A stretch of DNA of 64,000 bases. Source: a bacterium. Its GTDB lineage: Bacteria > SAR324 > XYD2-FULL-50-16 > G965216635. This document shows, in pieces, positions 1 to 10,312 of this stretch. The first letter of the stretch is position 1. Each line of letters opens with the position of its first letter. The translations under genes and the position numbers were made by a program. The notes below the pieces were generated by a model that worked only from the letters and a program-made list of their open reading frames with translations, was not told the DNA's origin and searched no databases. The stretch is from assembly GCA_965216635.1 (NCBI GenBank), contig OZ244188.1:136001-200000 (forward strand). Reading direction: 5' to 3'.

Positions 1-145
1 ATTTTTATCTTCTAAAAAACGGATGTACTTCCCTAATAGAAAAGAATCTTGCTCGTTATTCAATACAATTTTTGAAGCAAACAAACTTGGGCATAAAAAT
101 ACAAAGAATCCTAATATAAAGACTAGTTTTGAAAACAATTTCATT
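1..145 (-). CDS. Partial CDS (N-terminus only; continues beyond window start). Begins MKLFSKLVFILGFFVFLCPSLFASK, i.e. a signal peptide; function unknown
   Basis: Manual reverse-complement translation from ATG at 145; hydrophobic N-terminal signal-like segment; no stop before window edge. Confidence 0.3.
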
Positions 146-178
146 TTTAAGCGATGTAATAATTAATTAATAAAATTT

Positions 179-772
179 TTATTTTTTTTTGCTATTTTTA
201 TCTTTTTGTAGAGCAAACATAGGATTGTTTCTATCATCTGGATGCATCTTGTCTCTATCTTTTTTATCCAAATGCCAGAATGATTTAGAAATAGGAACAT
301 AGGAGTCTTTTTTATTGTGATGAAACGGACACCACCAAACTTCTACCACTTTTACTAGATAGCTACACCATTCTAGTAAAGCAATACTGATAGGACAATA
401 CCAAGTACAATTAAAAAGCCAAAATAATTTAGAATGATTCAAAGAAAAACGGCTTCCCATGACAATTTGAGTTTTGTAGGTATACCTATGAGATTTTGGA
501 TCTGGCATAAAATTTTTTAACTTTTTCAGAGTTTTACTAGCTCCCATTAATTTTAAATGCCAATAACAAGCGAGCCCAATAAGATATAAAAATATCCAAG
601 AACCTAGCAAAAAAGGAATATAAATTATAGGAATACCTAGAATTTTCAAAAAAATATTTCTTTTCTTAAAATCCTCACCAATAGAAACTCTATGGCATTC
701 CGAACAGCTCTTTGGTGAACTAAAAGGATTAGTTTCTTGAAAAGAGCTTTCTGAATCTTTATTTTTTTTCAT
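179..772 (-). CDS. Hypothetical integral membrane protein (197 aa), His/Cys/Trp-rich, immediately downstream of cfa
   Basis: ORF track; hydrophobic segments; co-oriented with the CFA synthase gene upstream. Confidence 0.4.
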   Translation of the reverse strand: MKKNKDSESSFQETNPFSSPKSCSECHRVSIGEDFKKRNIFLKILGIPIIYIPFLLGSWIFLYLIGLACYWHLKLMGASKTLKKLKNFMPDPKSHRYTYKTQIVMGSRFSLNHSKLFWLFNCTWYCPISIALLEWCSYLVKVVEVWWCPFHHNKKDSYVPISKSFWHLDKKDRDKMHPDDRNNPMFALQKDKNSKKK

Positions 773-951
773 AATTTTTTTATTTTATTATTTTTAAACC
801 AACAGATAAATCAACAAACCTTTGGAATATCCCAAAATTTTTTTTGTGAACAGGTATTACTAAAATCTACACAATTGAAAATGCCTGCCCCCAATAAAAG
901 GTAGCCAAGAATCGTTGGCTGATACCAAAAAAGAGCTAATTACTTCATTTT

Positions 952-2175
952 CTAACGACTAGTTCTCTCTCTGGTGAAATGAAATAATCTTTTTAAATTA
1001 CTAGGACGTATTCCTTTTTCTACACTTTTTTCTGCTATGATGTGGTAAGCTTGCATTGAGTTTGTCAGCATAGCATTATGTGTTCCCCATAAATACAAAT
1101 GAAATGTTCGCCAAGTTTTTTCCCCACAGATGCGAACTAATTTATCACGGTTGGCTTCAAACCGTTCTGCCCAGTGTTTTAAAGTCAAGGCATAATCCAT
1201 CCGTTCATCTATCACTTCTTTAATTTCCATACCGTGAAATAAAAACTCCCTAATTACATCTTGAAGGCACATAAGAGAATGTGCTCCTGGGTAAATAAGA
1301 ATGCGACCAAAATCCCCGAGATCATATTTTTCGTGTGAGGCTGATCCGTCTAAATATATTCTTCCACCCGGTTTTAAACAACTCCAGACCTTAGCAGCAA
1401 AACGCTGGTAATAGGGAATATGCTCAATCACACCATAGATCACAATCGCATCGTAAGGAGTTTTTGGTTTGTGGTTAAAAAAATCATCCAAATACACTCG
1501 GGCTTTCTGTTGCCAACCTTCTTCGTCAATCAATTTTTGGATACATTTTTTAGAATTATCAGCGATAGTGAGGCTGGTTACATCTATCCCGCGAGGCACA
1601 CAATAACGGGTAGCGCCACCCCAACCTCCGCCAATATCTAGCAGTCGCATACCTTTTTTGAGTTTGAGTCCACTATACATAGTCTCTAGTTTATGAACTG
1701 TAGCCTGCTCTAATGTTTCTGTGGGTTTTTTGTAGATGCACTGTGAATACATATGATATTTTTTATCAGTAAAAAGATAAAAAAATTCGTCATCAAAGCT
1801 ATAATGGTGCTGAATAGATTTTTTGTTGGATTTTATAACGGGACTGAAAAAAATTTTCCAGTTCAATTTCAAGCGAGGTATCAAAGTATTTTGCTTGATA
1901 AATTTTCGCAAAGCTAAAAACGCAGAAACCTCTCCTTTTATATCAAATTGACCTTCTATGTAGGCTCGTCCAATATTCAACTCCGTTATTCCTTTCCAGA
2001 GAAAAGCGGTAGAATGAAAAGTAACAGTAAACAGCGGTTTGCCTTTACCTATTTCAAGGCTTTCGTCTTGAGGAAATTTAAAACAACAAGAAATATCTAG
2101 TCTTTGAAGAAATTTAGCTATCTTGCTAGCGGCTGCGCCATCTTTGGTTTTAATTACAAGATTTTGTTTTGTCAT
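952..2175 (-). CDS. cfa: Cyclopropane-fatty-acyl-phospholipid synthase family SAM-dependent methyltransferase
   Basis: SAM-binding motif LLDIGGGWGG and overall CFA/mycolic acid cyclopropane synthase-like length (407 aa). Confidence 0.75.
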   Translation of the reverse strand: MTKQNLVIKTKDGAAASKIAKFLQRLDISCCFKFPQDESLEIGKGKPLFTVTFHSTAFLWKGITELNIGRAYIEGQFDIKGEVSAFLALRKFIKQNTLIPRLKLNWKIFFSPVIKSNKKSIQHHYSFDDEFFYLFTDKKYHMYSQCIYKKPTETLEQATVHKLETMYSGLKLKKGMRLLDIGGGWGGATRYCVPRGIDVTSLTIADNSKKCIQKLIDEEGWQQKARVYLDDFFNHKPKTPYDAIVIYGVIEHIPYYQRFAAKVWSCLKPGGRIYLDGSASHEKYDLGDFGRILIYPGAHSLMCLQDVIREFLFHGMEIKEVIDERMDYALTLKHWAERFEANRDKLVRICGEKTWRTFHLYLWGTHNAMLTNSMQAYHIIAEKSVEKGIRPSNLKRLFHFTRERTSR

Positions 2176-2303
2176 AACTGGTTTTTAGTAAATTATAGGG
2201 ATTTTTTAAAGATTCTAAAAAATAGAAATTCTCTATTAATAAAAATTCTCCGTTTATTTTTCAATAAAACTACACAAATTTTCAAAAAATAGCAAGTCTT
2301 TAT

Positions 2304-2398
2304 TATAGACCTTTGAATTTGTTTGTCTAGTTTAGCCAATAAGCTTATCAATATAGACCTTTGAATTTGCTTGTCTAGTTTAGCCAACAAGTCTATAT
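2304..2398. mobile_element. Two tandem mini-copies of the MITE-like element (5' end TATAGACCTTTGAATTTG, internal CTAGTTTAGCC palindrome half, second copy ends AAGTCTATA)
   Basis: Direct sequence comparison with other copies at 29446, 44027, 59556. Confidence 0.6.
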
Positions 2399-2414
2399 TA
2401 CTTGATTTAACCGT

Positions 2415-4697
2415 CTAGCGGCAAATAGCACTAAAAACCTCTACAGGCGTAGCAGGCGCATTCAGTTTGACTCTTTTATTTTTGGAAAAATAAGAAACTG
2501 CATCTTTGATTGCAAGCCAAACAGAATGAGCGAGCATCAAAGGAGGCTCTCCTACGGCTTTGGATTTAAAAATAGTATCTTCGGTATTAGAATAGGTTTT
2601 TAAATGAACTCTAAAGTCTTGCGGTAGATCGCTTACAGCTGGAATTTTGTAGGTATCAGGACCTGTCGCTAAAGCTCTACCATTTTCAGCCCACCCTAAT
2701 TCTTCACAAGTCAACCATCCCATACCCTGCACAAACCCTCCTTCTACTTGTCCTCTATCTACGGCTGGATTGATAGAATGCCCTATATCGTGCAAAATAT
2801 CTGTTCTTAAAACTTTGTATTCCCCCGTTAGAGCGTCTACTAAAACTTCAGATACCGAAGCTCCATAAGCAAAGTAGAAAAAAGGATGTCCCTTGTTGTT
2901 TTTTTTATCAAAATAAACTTTTGGTGTTTTGTAATAGCCCGTGCTAGATAGGGCTATTCTATTTTCATAAGCCAAAGCAATCAATTCTTCAAAAGTAATT
3001 TTTTTCTTTTTTTCTATCCAAACATTTCCTTGCTCAAAATGAATATTTTCTACTGGAGTTTTAAAATAAGCAGCTGCAAAGCGAATCAATCTTTCTTTTA
3101 TTTTTCTAGCTGCAATCTGAGCAGCCTTTCCATTTAAATCAGTTCCAGCAGAAGCAGCAGTAGGAGAAGTGTTAGGAACTTTATCGGTGCGGGTAGAAGT
3201 GATAGATATTTTATTTAAAGCAATTTGAAATTCTTCGGCTACAATTTGAGCTACTTTAATAAAAAGTCCTTGCCCCATTTCTGTGCCACCGTGATTGAGA
3301 TGCACACTGCCATCGCTATAGATATGAATCAAAGCCCCCGCTTGATTCATAAAGGTAACTGTGAAAGAAATACCAAACTTTACTGGAGAAATAGCGATCC
3401 CTTTTTTTAAAAAAGGGCTAGTTTGGTTAAATACAGCAACCTCTTGACGTCTTTTTTTATACTCCGAAGTTTGCACTAATTCTTCCACTAAACTAGAAAT
3501 TACTGGTTCCTCTATCTCCTGCTCGTAAGGAGTTATATTTCTACCATTTTTCTTTTCATAAAAATTGAGCCTCATAATATCTAAAGGATCTTTGTTTAGG
3601 TAACGTGCTATTTCATCTATAATATGCTCTATGTGGAGCATACCTTGAGGACCCCCAAATCCACGAAATGCAGTATTGGATACTGTATTTGTTTTACAAG
3701 GATAACCCTCTATTTTAACATTTTTGAAATAATAACAATTATCCGAATGCAACATAGCCCGATTTAAAATAGCTAAAGATAAATCCGCAGAATAACCACA
3801 TTGGGCGGCTAGTTTTATTTTAATAGCTTCAACCGCTCCCGCGTCATCAAATCCCACCTCGTAAGTATTATAAAAATTGTGTCTTTTGCCAGTAGTGATC
3901 ATATCGTCAAAACGGTTGAGTCTCATTTTCACTGGCAGCCGATTACGGTAAGCAAACAAGGCAGCAATACAAGCCGCTTGTGCAGCTTGAGTTTCTTTAC
4001 CCCCAAACCCTCCACCCATTCTTCTTGTATCTACTACTACTTGGGACATTTTTAGACCTAATACTTCGGCTACGAGTTTTTGAACTTCAGTAGGATTTTG
4101 AGTAGAGCAATAAAGAAAAATACCATCCTCCTGAGGCACAGCTAAAGAAATTTGTGTCTCTAAATAAAAATGATCCTGTCCTCCAATAAAAAGCTCCCCG
4201 CTCAAACGGTGTTTTGCTTTTTGCAAAGCAAGATTAGCGTTGCCCCGTTGTAGAGTTTGTGGCTCTAATACAAAAGATTTTTTCTGTAGTGCTTCTTTTA
4301 AATCCAAAATTGGCTCTAAAGGTTTATATTTTACTTTAATTTCTCGGACAGCCTTTCTTGCACTGTGCGTATCTTTAGCCGCCACTGCTACAATAGGCTG
4401 CCCGAAAAATTCTACTTTTTTATCTGCTAAAAGAGGGTCGCCATCAAACACTGGAGCAATATCTAATTTAGCTGGAACATCCTTCGCCTGCACAATATCT
4501 ACAACTCCTGCCATTTTTTGAGCTATAGAAATATCTACCTCTTGAATTTTAGCACAAGCCTGCTCACTACAAAAAAAACAGCAATGCAATGCCTCTGGAA
4601 AATCTAAAATATCATCTACATAAACAGCTTCACCGCTGACATGTTTTTCTGCACTATCGTGAGCGAATGGCTTTGTAATATAACTTAAATTTTTCAT
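2415..4697 (-). CDS. xdhB: Xanthine dehydrogenase, molybdopterin-binding subunit
   Basis: 760 aa; aldehyde oxidase/xanthine dehydrogenase a/b hammerhead and Mo-pterin binding regions (GFGGK, GQGL motifs). Confidence 0.85.
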   Translation of the reverse strand: MKNLSYITKPFAHDSAEKHVSGEAVYVDDILDFPEALHCCFFCSEQACAKIQEVDISIAQKMAGVVDIVQAKDVPAKLDIAPVFDGDPLLADKKVEFFGQPIVAVAAKDTHSARKAVREIKVKYKPLEPILDLKEALQKKSFVLEPQTLQRGNANLALQKAKHRLSGELFIGGQDHFYLETQISLAVPQEDGIFLYCSTQNPTEVQKLVAEVLGLKMSQVVVDTRRMGGGFGGKETQAAQAACIAALFAYRNRLPVKMRLNRFDDMITTGKRHNFYNTYEVGFDDAGAVEAIKIKLAAQCGYSADLSLAILNRAMLHSDNCYYFKNVKIEGYPCKTNTVSNTAFRGFGGPQGMLHIEHIIDEIARYLNKDPLDIMRLNFYEKKNGRNITPYEQEIEEPVISSLVEELVQTSEYKKRRQEVAVFNQTSPFLKKGIAISPVKFGISFTVTFMNQAGALIHIYSDGSVHLNHGGTEMGQGLFIKVAQIVAEEFQIALNKISITSTRTDKVPNTSPTAASAGTDLNGKAAQIAARKIKERLIRFAAAYFKTPVENIHFEQGNVWIEKKKKITFEELIALAYENRIALSSTGYYKTPKVYFDKKNNKGHPFFYFAYGASVSEVLVDALTGEYKVLRTDILHDIGHSINPAVDRGQVEGGFVQGMGWLTCEELGWAENGRALATGPDTYKIPAVSDLPQDFRVHLKTYSNTEDTIFKSKAVGEPPLMLAHSVWLAIKDAVSYFSKNKRVKLNAPATPVEVFSAICR

Positions 4698-4722
4698 CTT
4701 TAGAATTTTATGCCTCTAAGTT

Positions 4723-4824
4723 TACCAGCTAACCTGTTTTTATGCTTCATTGATTTTACCAGCTAACCTATCTTTATGCTTCATTGATTTTGCCAGCTAA
4801 TCTGTTTTTATGCTTCATTGATTT
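4723..4824. repeat. 34-bp tandem direct repeat x3 (TTACCAGCTAACCTGTTTTTATGCTTCATTGATT); the last copy overlaps and encodes the res C-terminus (…LAGKINEA*)
   Basis: Seen directly in sequence; each unit carries the same mini reading frame MKHKNRLAGKINEA* on the minus strand. Confidence 0.7.
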
Positions 4825-7800
4825 TGCCAGCTAATCTATCAAAATCATCCAACCAATATTTTCTATACTCTTCTGGAGCAAGAGTAGTGTCTCTCGTTTT
4901 GAAAAACAACTGAGTTTTTATTGTAAAGCCGTGAGACAAATATTTTTTTGCTTGGTTTTTATTTTCAATTTTTTCTTCAAATAGATTTTTATAGCCATCA
5001 ATTTTTCTTATCACATCGGTATGCTCTGTGCCTTTGGGATCTAAAAAAAGAATGGTATAATTCTTCTCTTTTTGCATCCAAAAAATAAAATCAGGGAAAA
5101 AATGGGATATAGAATTTGTCTTTGGGTTATAGTAAGGAATATGAATACTATCTAAAGTTTCGTCTAGTTTAGAAAACATCCACCAATCATAATTTTTAAA
5201 AACACTGTTATCTTTTTGCAAATATTCTTCTAAATTTTCAATAAACTTTATTTCGCTCGGCACATCAATAATATGGTTTAAGTAATCTACTTTTTCTTGC
5301 TCTGCTACAATTAGAGGATGGTAGTAATGGTTGGCTAAATATTTTATTTTAATTTTTTGATTGTTGAGCTCAAAAGTTTTTGCCGATTCGAATTTTTCAA
5401 ATAAAGTGAGTTGTTCGTCGTAATCTTTTCTTTTTCCCGTTTTGAATAATTCTTCTAATTCTAATTCTTTTGCTGCACTAGATTTATTTAGTTTTTGATT
5501 TTTTATAATTTCCAGTTTCTCTTTTAATTCTTCAATTTTATTTCCATCTTTGAATTTTATTTCTTTAAAATGCACAATTTCTGCTTCTAGTTTTTTAAAC
5601 CCATCAACCTCTTGGTTTTGAATGCTGAAATAATCTAAGATACTTTTGAGGTGTAAATCTGGTTTATCAATATTTCTTGTCTCGTCAAAATTGTAATATT
5701 TGCTTTGATTCTGCATACTTTCTGACACTTTTTTTAAGACTTTTATCTCGCATTCGTTTTTTAGCAAAACGATTTTATCTCCTAAATGTTCAAATAGTTT
5801 TTGAGTTTGGGTAAGGTCTTTTTTACTAACCGAATACTTTAAAACAGTGCTGGATTCTGCCAATATTTTATTGGATTTTTGATAAACAGGTACGAGTAAC
5901 AAACGATTTTTAATTTTTTCGTTTATTGCAAATAAGTCTCCCAAATTATGTTCTGGCTTTTGCTGTTCTTCTTGGAGTTTTTCTATTATATTTTTTAAAT
6001 TTTCTGCGTTGGTTCCAAAAACAAACAGACTTTCTAAGGCTAAAATATTTTGTTTTATTTTATCAAACAGCTCTTGCTCTGCTTCTTCAGCGGCTATTAA
6101 GTTTTGCAATCTTTTTCTTTTATTTTTTAGAGGCTCTATCCGCAACCCACGCCCTACCGATTGCAAAACAAATTTTTTAGAATCTTTTGCCATTCCTATA
6201 TTTACAAATAAAATAAGATTGGGTCTATTAGAATCCCACCCTTCGTAAAAAGAACGCGAGCCCATCAAAATATTTATATCCGAATCGTCTTGGTTGATTT
6301 TTTTGAATATACTTTCATTTTCCAAACTTTCTATGATTTGATAATCTGCCACTGTGTCTTTTAACCAGCCAGAAATATCTCCAATTTTTATCAAAGCAAA
6401 AGGTTTCTCCGAAGTCTGTAGTTTGAAAGCAATCTCTTTTTTATTTTTTGGAACCTTTAAAATTTCAATTTTGCCGAAATTATTTGCATTGAATACAGCT
6501 TGCAGAATTTTCTTGTAGCTTATTTTTGAAAGTATATTGCTATCTATTTCTATTTTTGTATTTTCAAATAGATATTTATTATTGTCCGAAAATTCAGCAA
6601 GCAATTCAGTTTTAGCTTCTTCCAGTAAATTTGGTTTAATTTGGTTGTTAGCTATTTTTTCTAGTTCTGCAAAGAAAAGTTTTAAGTCTGGTTCTTTAAT
6701 AATTTTATCCAAATCAGATTTTTTTGTATTGACGGAATTAACCAGTGTCAAGAGCAAGGGGCGGTGATAAAGACTGCCATTTGTTTTTCTTATTTTTTTA
6801 AAATGCTTGTAGCTATAGGTTTGTAAAAGCAGAGTTTTTAAAACAATTTTTTGTTTTTCTATTTCGGAGAAGTTATCTTGTTCCTTAAAAGCAGTTACTT
6901 TCTGTTTTGAAACATAGATATGCTTGCCGTATCCAGCTCCTATAAATTTGGCGAGATTAAAATCAAAAACGCAGCTAGCGTAGTCTCTAGCATCGGTAAA
7001 AGTAGCAGAGAAATTAAACAAAAAACCGTTCCTTGAAAGAATAGAATAAAAAATCTGCCGTTTGCTTTCTTCTTTGTCTCCTTTGTGGGCTTCGTCTAAA
7101 AGAATATACCATTTCCCAAAGTTATCGTAATTTTTAAAATTCACAATGTTTTGCTTGTGTTCATCAGAAATTAAATCAGAGCGGTAATAAAAAATAGTTA
7201 TCTCTTTTTTGGAATAGGGCAGAGCATTTTCGTGTTTTACGCTCTCGTATTCTTTCAAACTTTTTAAGAGGATCTTGGTCTCAAAATTATCTCTATTAAA
7301 CTCTGCTATATGCTCTTTGAACTGTTGTAAAAGATCTTCTCGGTGCGCCAAAAACAAAATATCGTTTTTAGGAATTTCTCCTTTTCTTATCAGCTCTCCT
7401 AAAAGATGAATAAGTTTTACAATCACAAGCGTTTTACCAGAGCCAGTTGCCATCCAAAAACTCATCCGATTGATAAAAGAAGCGAAAGAGATTTTGTCGC
7501 CTGAAACTGAGTATTCCTCACTGTATTCCAAAAGATATTTAGTCGTTTTGTTTTCTTTGCTTTTCTTTTTGCTGCCTTTTTGATTCAAGGTATAATCAAA
7601 ATTTTCATCGTAGTTATTGTTGCGGTATTTTTGAAAAAAATTATTTTTTCTAGTCTGGTAGTCTTTGTGATTTTCGCTGTAAAACAAGTGCAGTCCTTTC
7701 AGTGAATTTTCTAGTGCTTCTTTTTGAAAATCGTAAAGTCTTTTTTTTTGAGAAAAACTTTTTAAATCAAAATTTTGCCATTCTGCTGGCAAGTTGGCAA

Positions 7801-7849
7801 AAGAAATTTTTTTAACTATTTCCTGTAGATAATGCTCCATTATTCCCAC
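4808..7849 (-). CDS. res: Type III restriction endonuclease, Res subunit (SF2 helicase-nuclease)
   Basis: Walker A ATGSGKT, DEAH-box-like LLDEAHKG, 1013 aa, 10-nt overlap with upstream mod gene. Confidence 0.85.
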   Translation of the reverse strand: MGIMEHYLQEIVKKISFANLPAEWQNFDLKSFSQKKRLYDFQKEALENSLKGLHLFYSENHKDYQTRKNNFFQKYRNNNYDENFDYTLNQKGSKKKSKENKTTKYLLEYSEEYSVSGDKISFASFINRMSFWMATGSGKTLVIVKLIHLLGELIRKGEIPKNDILFLAHREDLLQQFKEHIAEFNRDNFETKILLKSLKEYESVKHENALPYSKKEITIFYYRSDLISDEHKQNIVNFKNYDNFGKWYILLDEAHKGDKEESKRQIFYSILSRNGFLFNFSATFTDARDYASCVFDFNLAKFIGAGYGKHIYVSKQKVTAFKEQDNFSEIEKQKIVLKTLLLQTYSYKHFKKIRKTNGSLYHRPLLLTLVNSVNTKKSDLDKIIKEPDLKLFFAELEKIANNQIKPNLLEEAKTELLAEFSDNNKYLFENTKIEIDSNILSKISYKKILQAVFNANNFGKIEILKVPKNKKEIAFKLQTSEKPFALIKIGDISGWLKDTVADYQIIESLENESIFKKINQDDSDINILMGSRSFYEGWDSNRPNLILFVNIGMAKDSKKFVLQSVGRGLRIEPLKNKRKRLQNLIAAEEAEQELFDKIKQNILALESLFVFGTNAENLKNIIEKLQEEQQKPEHNLGDLFAINEKIKNRLLLVPVYQKSNKILAESSTVLKYSVSKKDLTQTQKLFEHLGDKIVLLKNECEIKVLKKVSESMQNQSKYYNFDETRNIDKPDLHLKSILDYFSIQNQEVDGFKKLEAEIVHFKEIKFKDGNKIEELKEKLEIIKNQKLNKSSAAKELELEELFKTGKRKDYDEQLTLFEKFESAKTFELNNQKIKIKYLANHYYHPLIVAEQEKVDYLNHIIDVPSEIKFIENLEEYLQKDNSVFKNYDWWMFSKLDETLDSIHIPYYNPKTNSISHFFPDFIFWMQKEKNYTILFLDPKGTEHTDVIRKIDGYKNLFEEKIENKNQAKKYLSHGFTIKTQLFFKTRDTTLAPEEYRKYWLDDFDRLAGKINEA

Positions 7850-10308
7850 CAGATTAAAGGTTTAATTTTTTTGTAGTCTAGCTCTTTTGTGTTTTCTTTG
7901 CTTCCGTCTGTAAACAAAACTTCGTCTTCAGTGATCATTTTGATCCATTTGCCGTTTAGGCAAGATAGGGTTTCTGCTATATCAACATTGGGATAAAGTT
8001 TTTTTAAGTCTACAGTCGCTTTGTTTTTTTGGTAGTCAATTTCTAAACATTTTAGCATTTTTTCGTCCTTCATAAAAACATAGTCTTGGTAGGCTTTGTC
8101 ACTCGTTTGGTTAAATAAATTTGCATCGCCGTATTTTGTGTTTTCCAAAGTTTCTTCGTACTGCTCTAGCTCGTAGTACTTGAAAAACCCGCCTCCTTTG
8201 TAGTCTTTGGTATCCTTTGAAATACCGCTTTTATCGTAGGCTAAAACTTCTTTCATTCTCGGTAAAACTACGCTATAAAAATGCTCTCCCATTTCTACAC
8301 CGAGCCATTTTCTGCCGAGTTTATGTGCCACCGCTGTTGTAGTGCCAGAGCCGAGGAAATAGTCAAAAATTAAATCTTTTTCTTTTGAGCCTGTATTGAT
8401 TACTCTGGCTAATAATTTTTCTGAGTTTTCTGTTGTAAAACCCCAAGTTGAAGAATAGCCTACCCAATCAGTCCAATTATCTGTTAATTTTTGTGTTTCG
8501 GTTTCTTCTATTTGTGGTGTTTTATTATCTCCATTACTCCATTTTATTTTATTTTCTTTTTCTAACTCAAATATAAATTTTTGATTCAAAGCCCAATGTC
8601 TACCGTCTGGAGGCAATAACTCTGTATTAAGAATTATACGCGCCCTTGTTGTTGCTTTCCCATTTCTTTTTTCAGACTGGGCTCTTATATTTTTTTTTGA
8701 AAAAAGTTTGATATATTCATCAGGTATAGGAGACCATCTAATACCTGGTAAGTGCATAGCTCTCCATTTTGGATTATCTCTTTTTTTTGTAGCTGTAGAA
8801 AAAACAAATTGATTAGACTTTGAATAGAAAAAAAGAGAATCATGTCCACTATGATATTTATTAATTTGCTCTGTTAACTTTGCCGATTTACTAATAATAA
8901 TTTCATTTTGGTAGTTAAATATTTTATCCAACAAACACCTCACAATCCAGTTTCCGTGATAATCGCAGCGCACAAAAATACTTCCGCTATTATGCAAAAC
9001 TTCTTTGGCAAGTTTTAAGCGGTTTTCAAGGAGTGTAGCCCAGCTAGAATCCTTGTATTTGACTAGATAGTCGTAGTCTGCGTTGTTTTCTAAATTAAAA
9101 GGGGGGTCAATATAAATCGTTTGTATTTTTTCTTTGAATTTAGGCAGGATAGTATTGAGTGCTTGGTAGTTTTCACTTTTTATCAGCCAGCCGTCTAGTT
9201 GCTTATCCAAATCGTCAAATAAGCCTAAAATTTCTAGCTCCAAATCTTTAAAGTGTTTGGTATCTATAGGCAAATGCTTGTGTTTTTTGGTTAAACTATT
9301 GCCGTTTAAATCTGTTTCAAAAATAGTTTCTATCTTAAAATCACTCTCTACAATTCCGAGTTCTTGCCATTCTTGGATCTGCTCTTTTATTCCTCCGTGT
9401 TTGAGTATTTTTTGTAGCAGAATTTTATCTGCGATTCTATCTAGCGTCAAAACATAATTGCTATTTTTGGCAAACTTCGGTTTGTTCCAAATCTTGACTA
9501 GCTCGTTTTCAAACTGAGCGACAAAATCAATGATCTTAAAAGCAATGTTTTTCAGTATTTGTAATTGGTTTATTCTTATCGCAGACCATTCTTTAGCCCC
9601 TTCCCAAAGATATTGATAGCTCCAGAGTTTAAACTGCTCTTCCAAAAAAGCCTTAGCGTTTTTGTTAATGAAAAAATCTACCTCTGCTTGTCTATTGAAA
9701 ATACGAAAAGCTTTTTCTAATTCTTCTTCCTTGATAAAAACTCCTGCTTTTTTTATGGCTCTTAAGATATCTTCTGTTTTTGTTTTTGTACCATTATCGG
9801 AGTGAAGCGCAGCAAAGCAAATTGTTCTATCTTCCTTTACTTCCTTAAACTCAAAAACAAGAGATTTTTTCTCGTTCGCTTTTTTAGGTTTAATATTTTC
9901 TGCGTCAAAATAGAATTTGAAAACATCAAATTCTACGAGCGTGCTTCTAAAAATCCTATCGCTTTTGACATAGTAAAGCATCTGAGTTTTCCAAAACAAA
10001 ACTACATCTTTTTCGTCTGTATAGACCTTTTCATAAATGTTGTTATGAAAGGGAGTAGAGTTAAAATAGATAGAACCGCTTTCGCTAAAATAACGACTAA
10101 AAAAAGAATGGAGTTTGTCAAAAAGCTCCTCTCTAAAATTGGAATGTTCTTTTAGAGCTTTATAAATATCTTGTTTTAGCAAAATTTCTATCTGCTCGTA
10201 ATATTTTGATTTTATTTGCATCAAATTGATAAAACCACCTTTGCCGTCAATTTTTGCACCGATAAATATATCTTGCAGTGCTTGAAAAAATTTTTGTTCT
10301 TTCGTCAT
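7840..10308 (-). CDS. mod: Type III restriction-modification system Mod subunit (N6-adenine DNA methyltransferase)
   Basis: DPPF motif (IYIDPPFN) and downstream SAM-binding region (FDYFLGSGTT); 822 aa; operonic with res. Confidence 0.85.
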   Translation of the reverse strand: MTKEQKFFQALQDIFIGAKIDGKGGFINLMQIKSKYYEQIEILLKQDIYKALKEHSNFREELFDKLHSFFSRYFSESGSIYFNSTPFHNNIYEKVYTDEKDVVLFWKTQMLYYVKSDRIFRSTLVEFDVFKFYFDAENIKPKKANEKKSLVFEFKEVKEDRTICFAALHSDNGTKTKTEDILRAIKKAGVFIKEEELEKAFRIFNRQAEVDFFINKNAKAFLEEQFKLWSYQYLWEGAKEWSAIRINQLQILKNIAFKIIDFVAQFENELVKIWNKPKFAKNSNYVLTLDRIADKILLQKILKHGGIKEQIQEWQELGIVESDFKIETIFETDLNGNSLTKKHKHLPIDTKHFKDLELEILGLFDDLDKQLDGWLIKSENYQALNTILPKFKEKIQTIYIDPPFNLENNADYDYLVKYKDSSWATLLENRLKLAKEVLHNSGSIFVRCDYHGNWIVRCLLDKIFNYQNEIIISKSAKLTEQINKYHSGHDSLFFYSKSNQFVFSTATKKRDNPKWRAMHLPGIRWSPIPDEYIKLFSKKNIRAQSEKRNGKATTRARIILNTELLPPDGRHWALNQKFIFELEKENKIKWSNGDNKTPQIEETETQKLTDNWTDWVGYSSTWGFTTENSEKLLARVINTGSKEKDLIFDYFLGSGTTTAVAHKLGRKWLGVEMGEHFYSVVLPRMKEVLAYDKSGISKDTKDYKGGGFFKYYELEQYEETLENTKYGDANLFNQTSDKAYQDYVFMKDEKMLKCLEIDYQKNKATVDLKKLYPNVDIAETLSCLNGKWIKMITEDEVLFTDGSKENTKELDYKKIKPLIWWE

Positions 10309-10312
10309 AATT

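Noticed and set aside
2193-2390. 65-aa ORF on minus strand and 62-aa ORF 2104-2292 on plus strand
   Set aside because: Span the tandem mini-MITE copies and intergenic AT-rich DNA; repetitive translation (…[13 protein letters not shown]… twice) is a repeat artefact
1420-9457. Multiple short ORFs (60-117 aa) nested antisense or out of frame within cfa, xdhB, res and mod
   Set aside because: Typical spurious frames in AT-rich DNA, completely embedded in long well-supported genes
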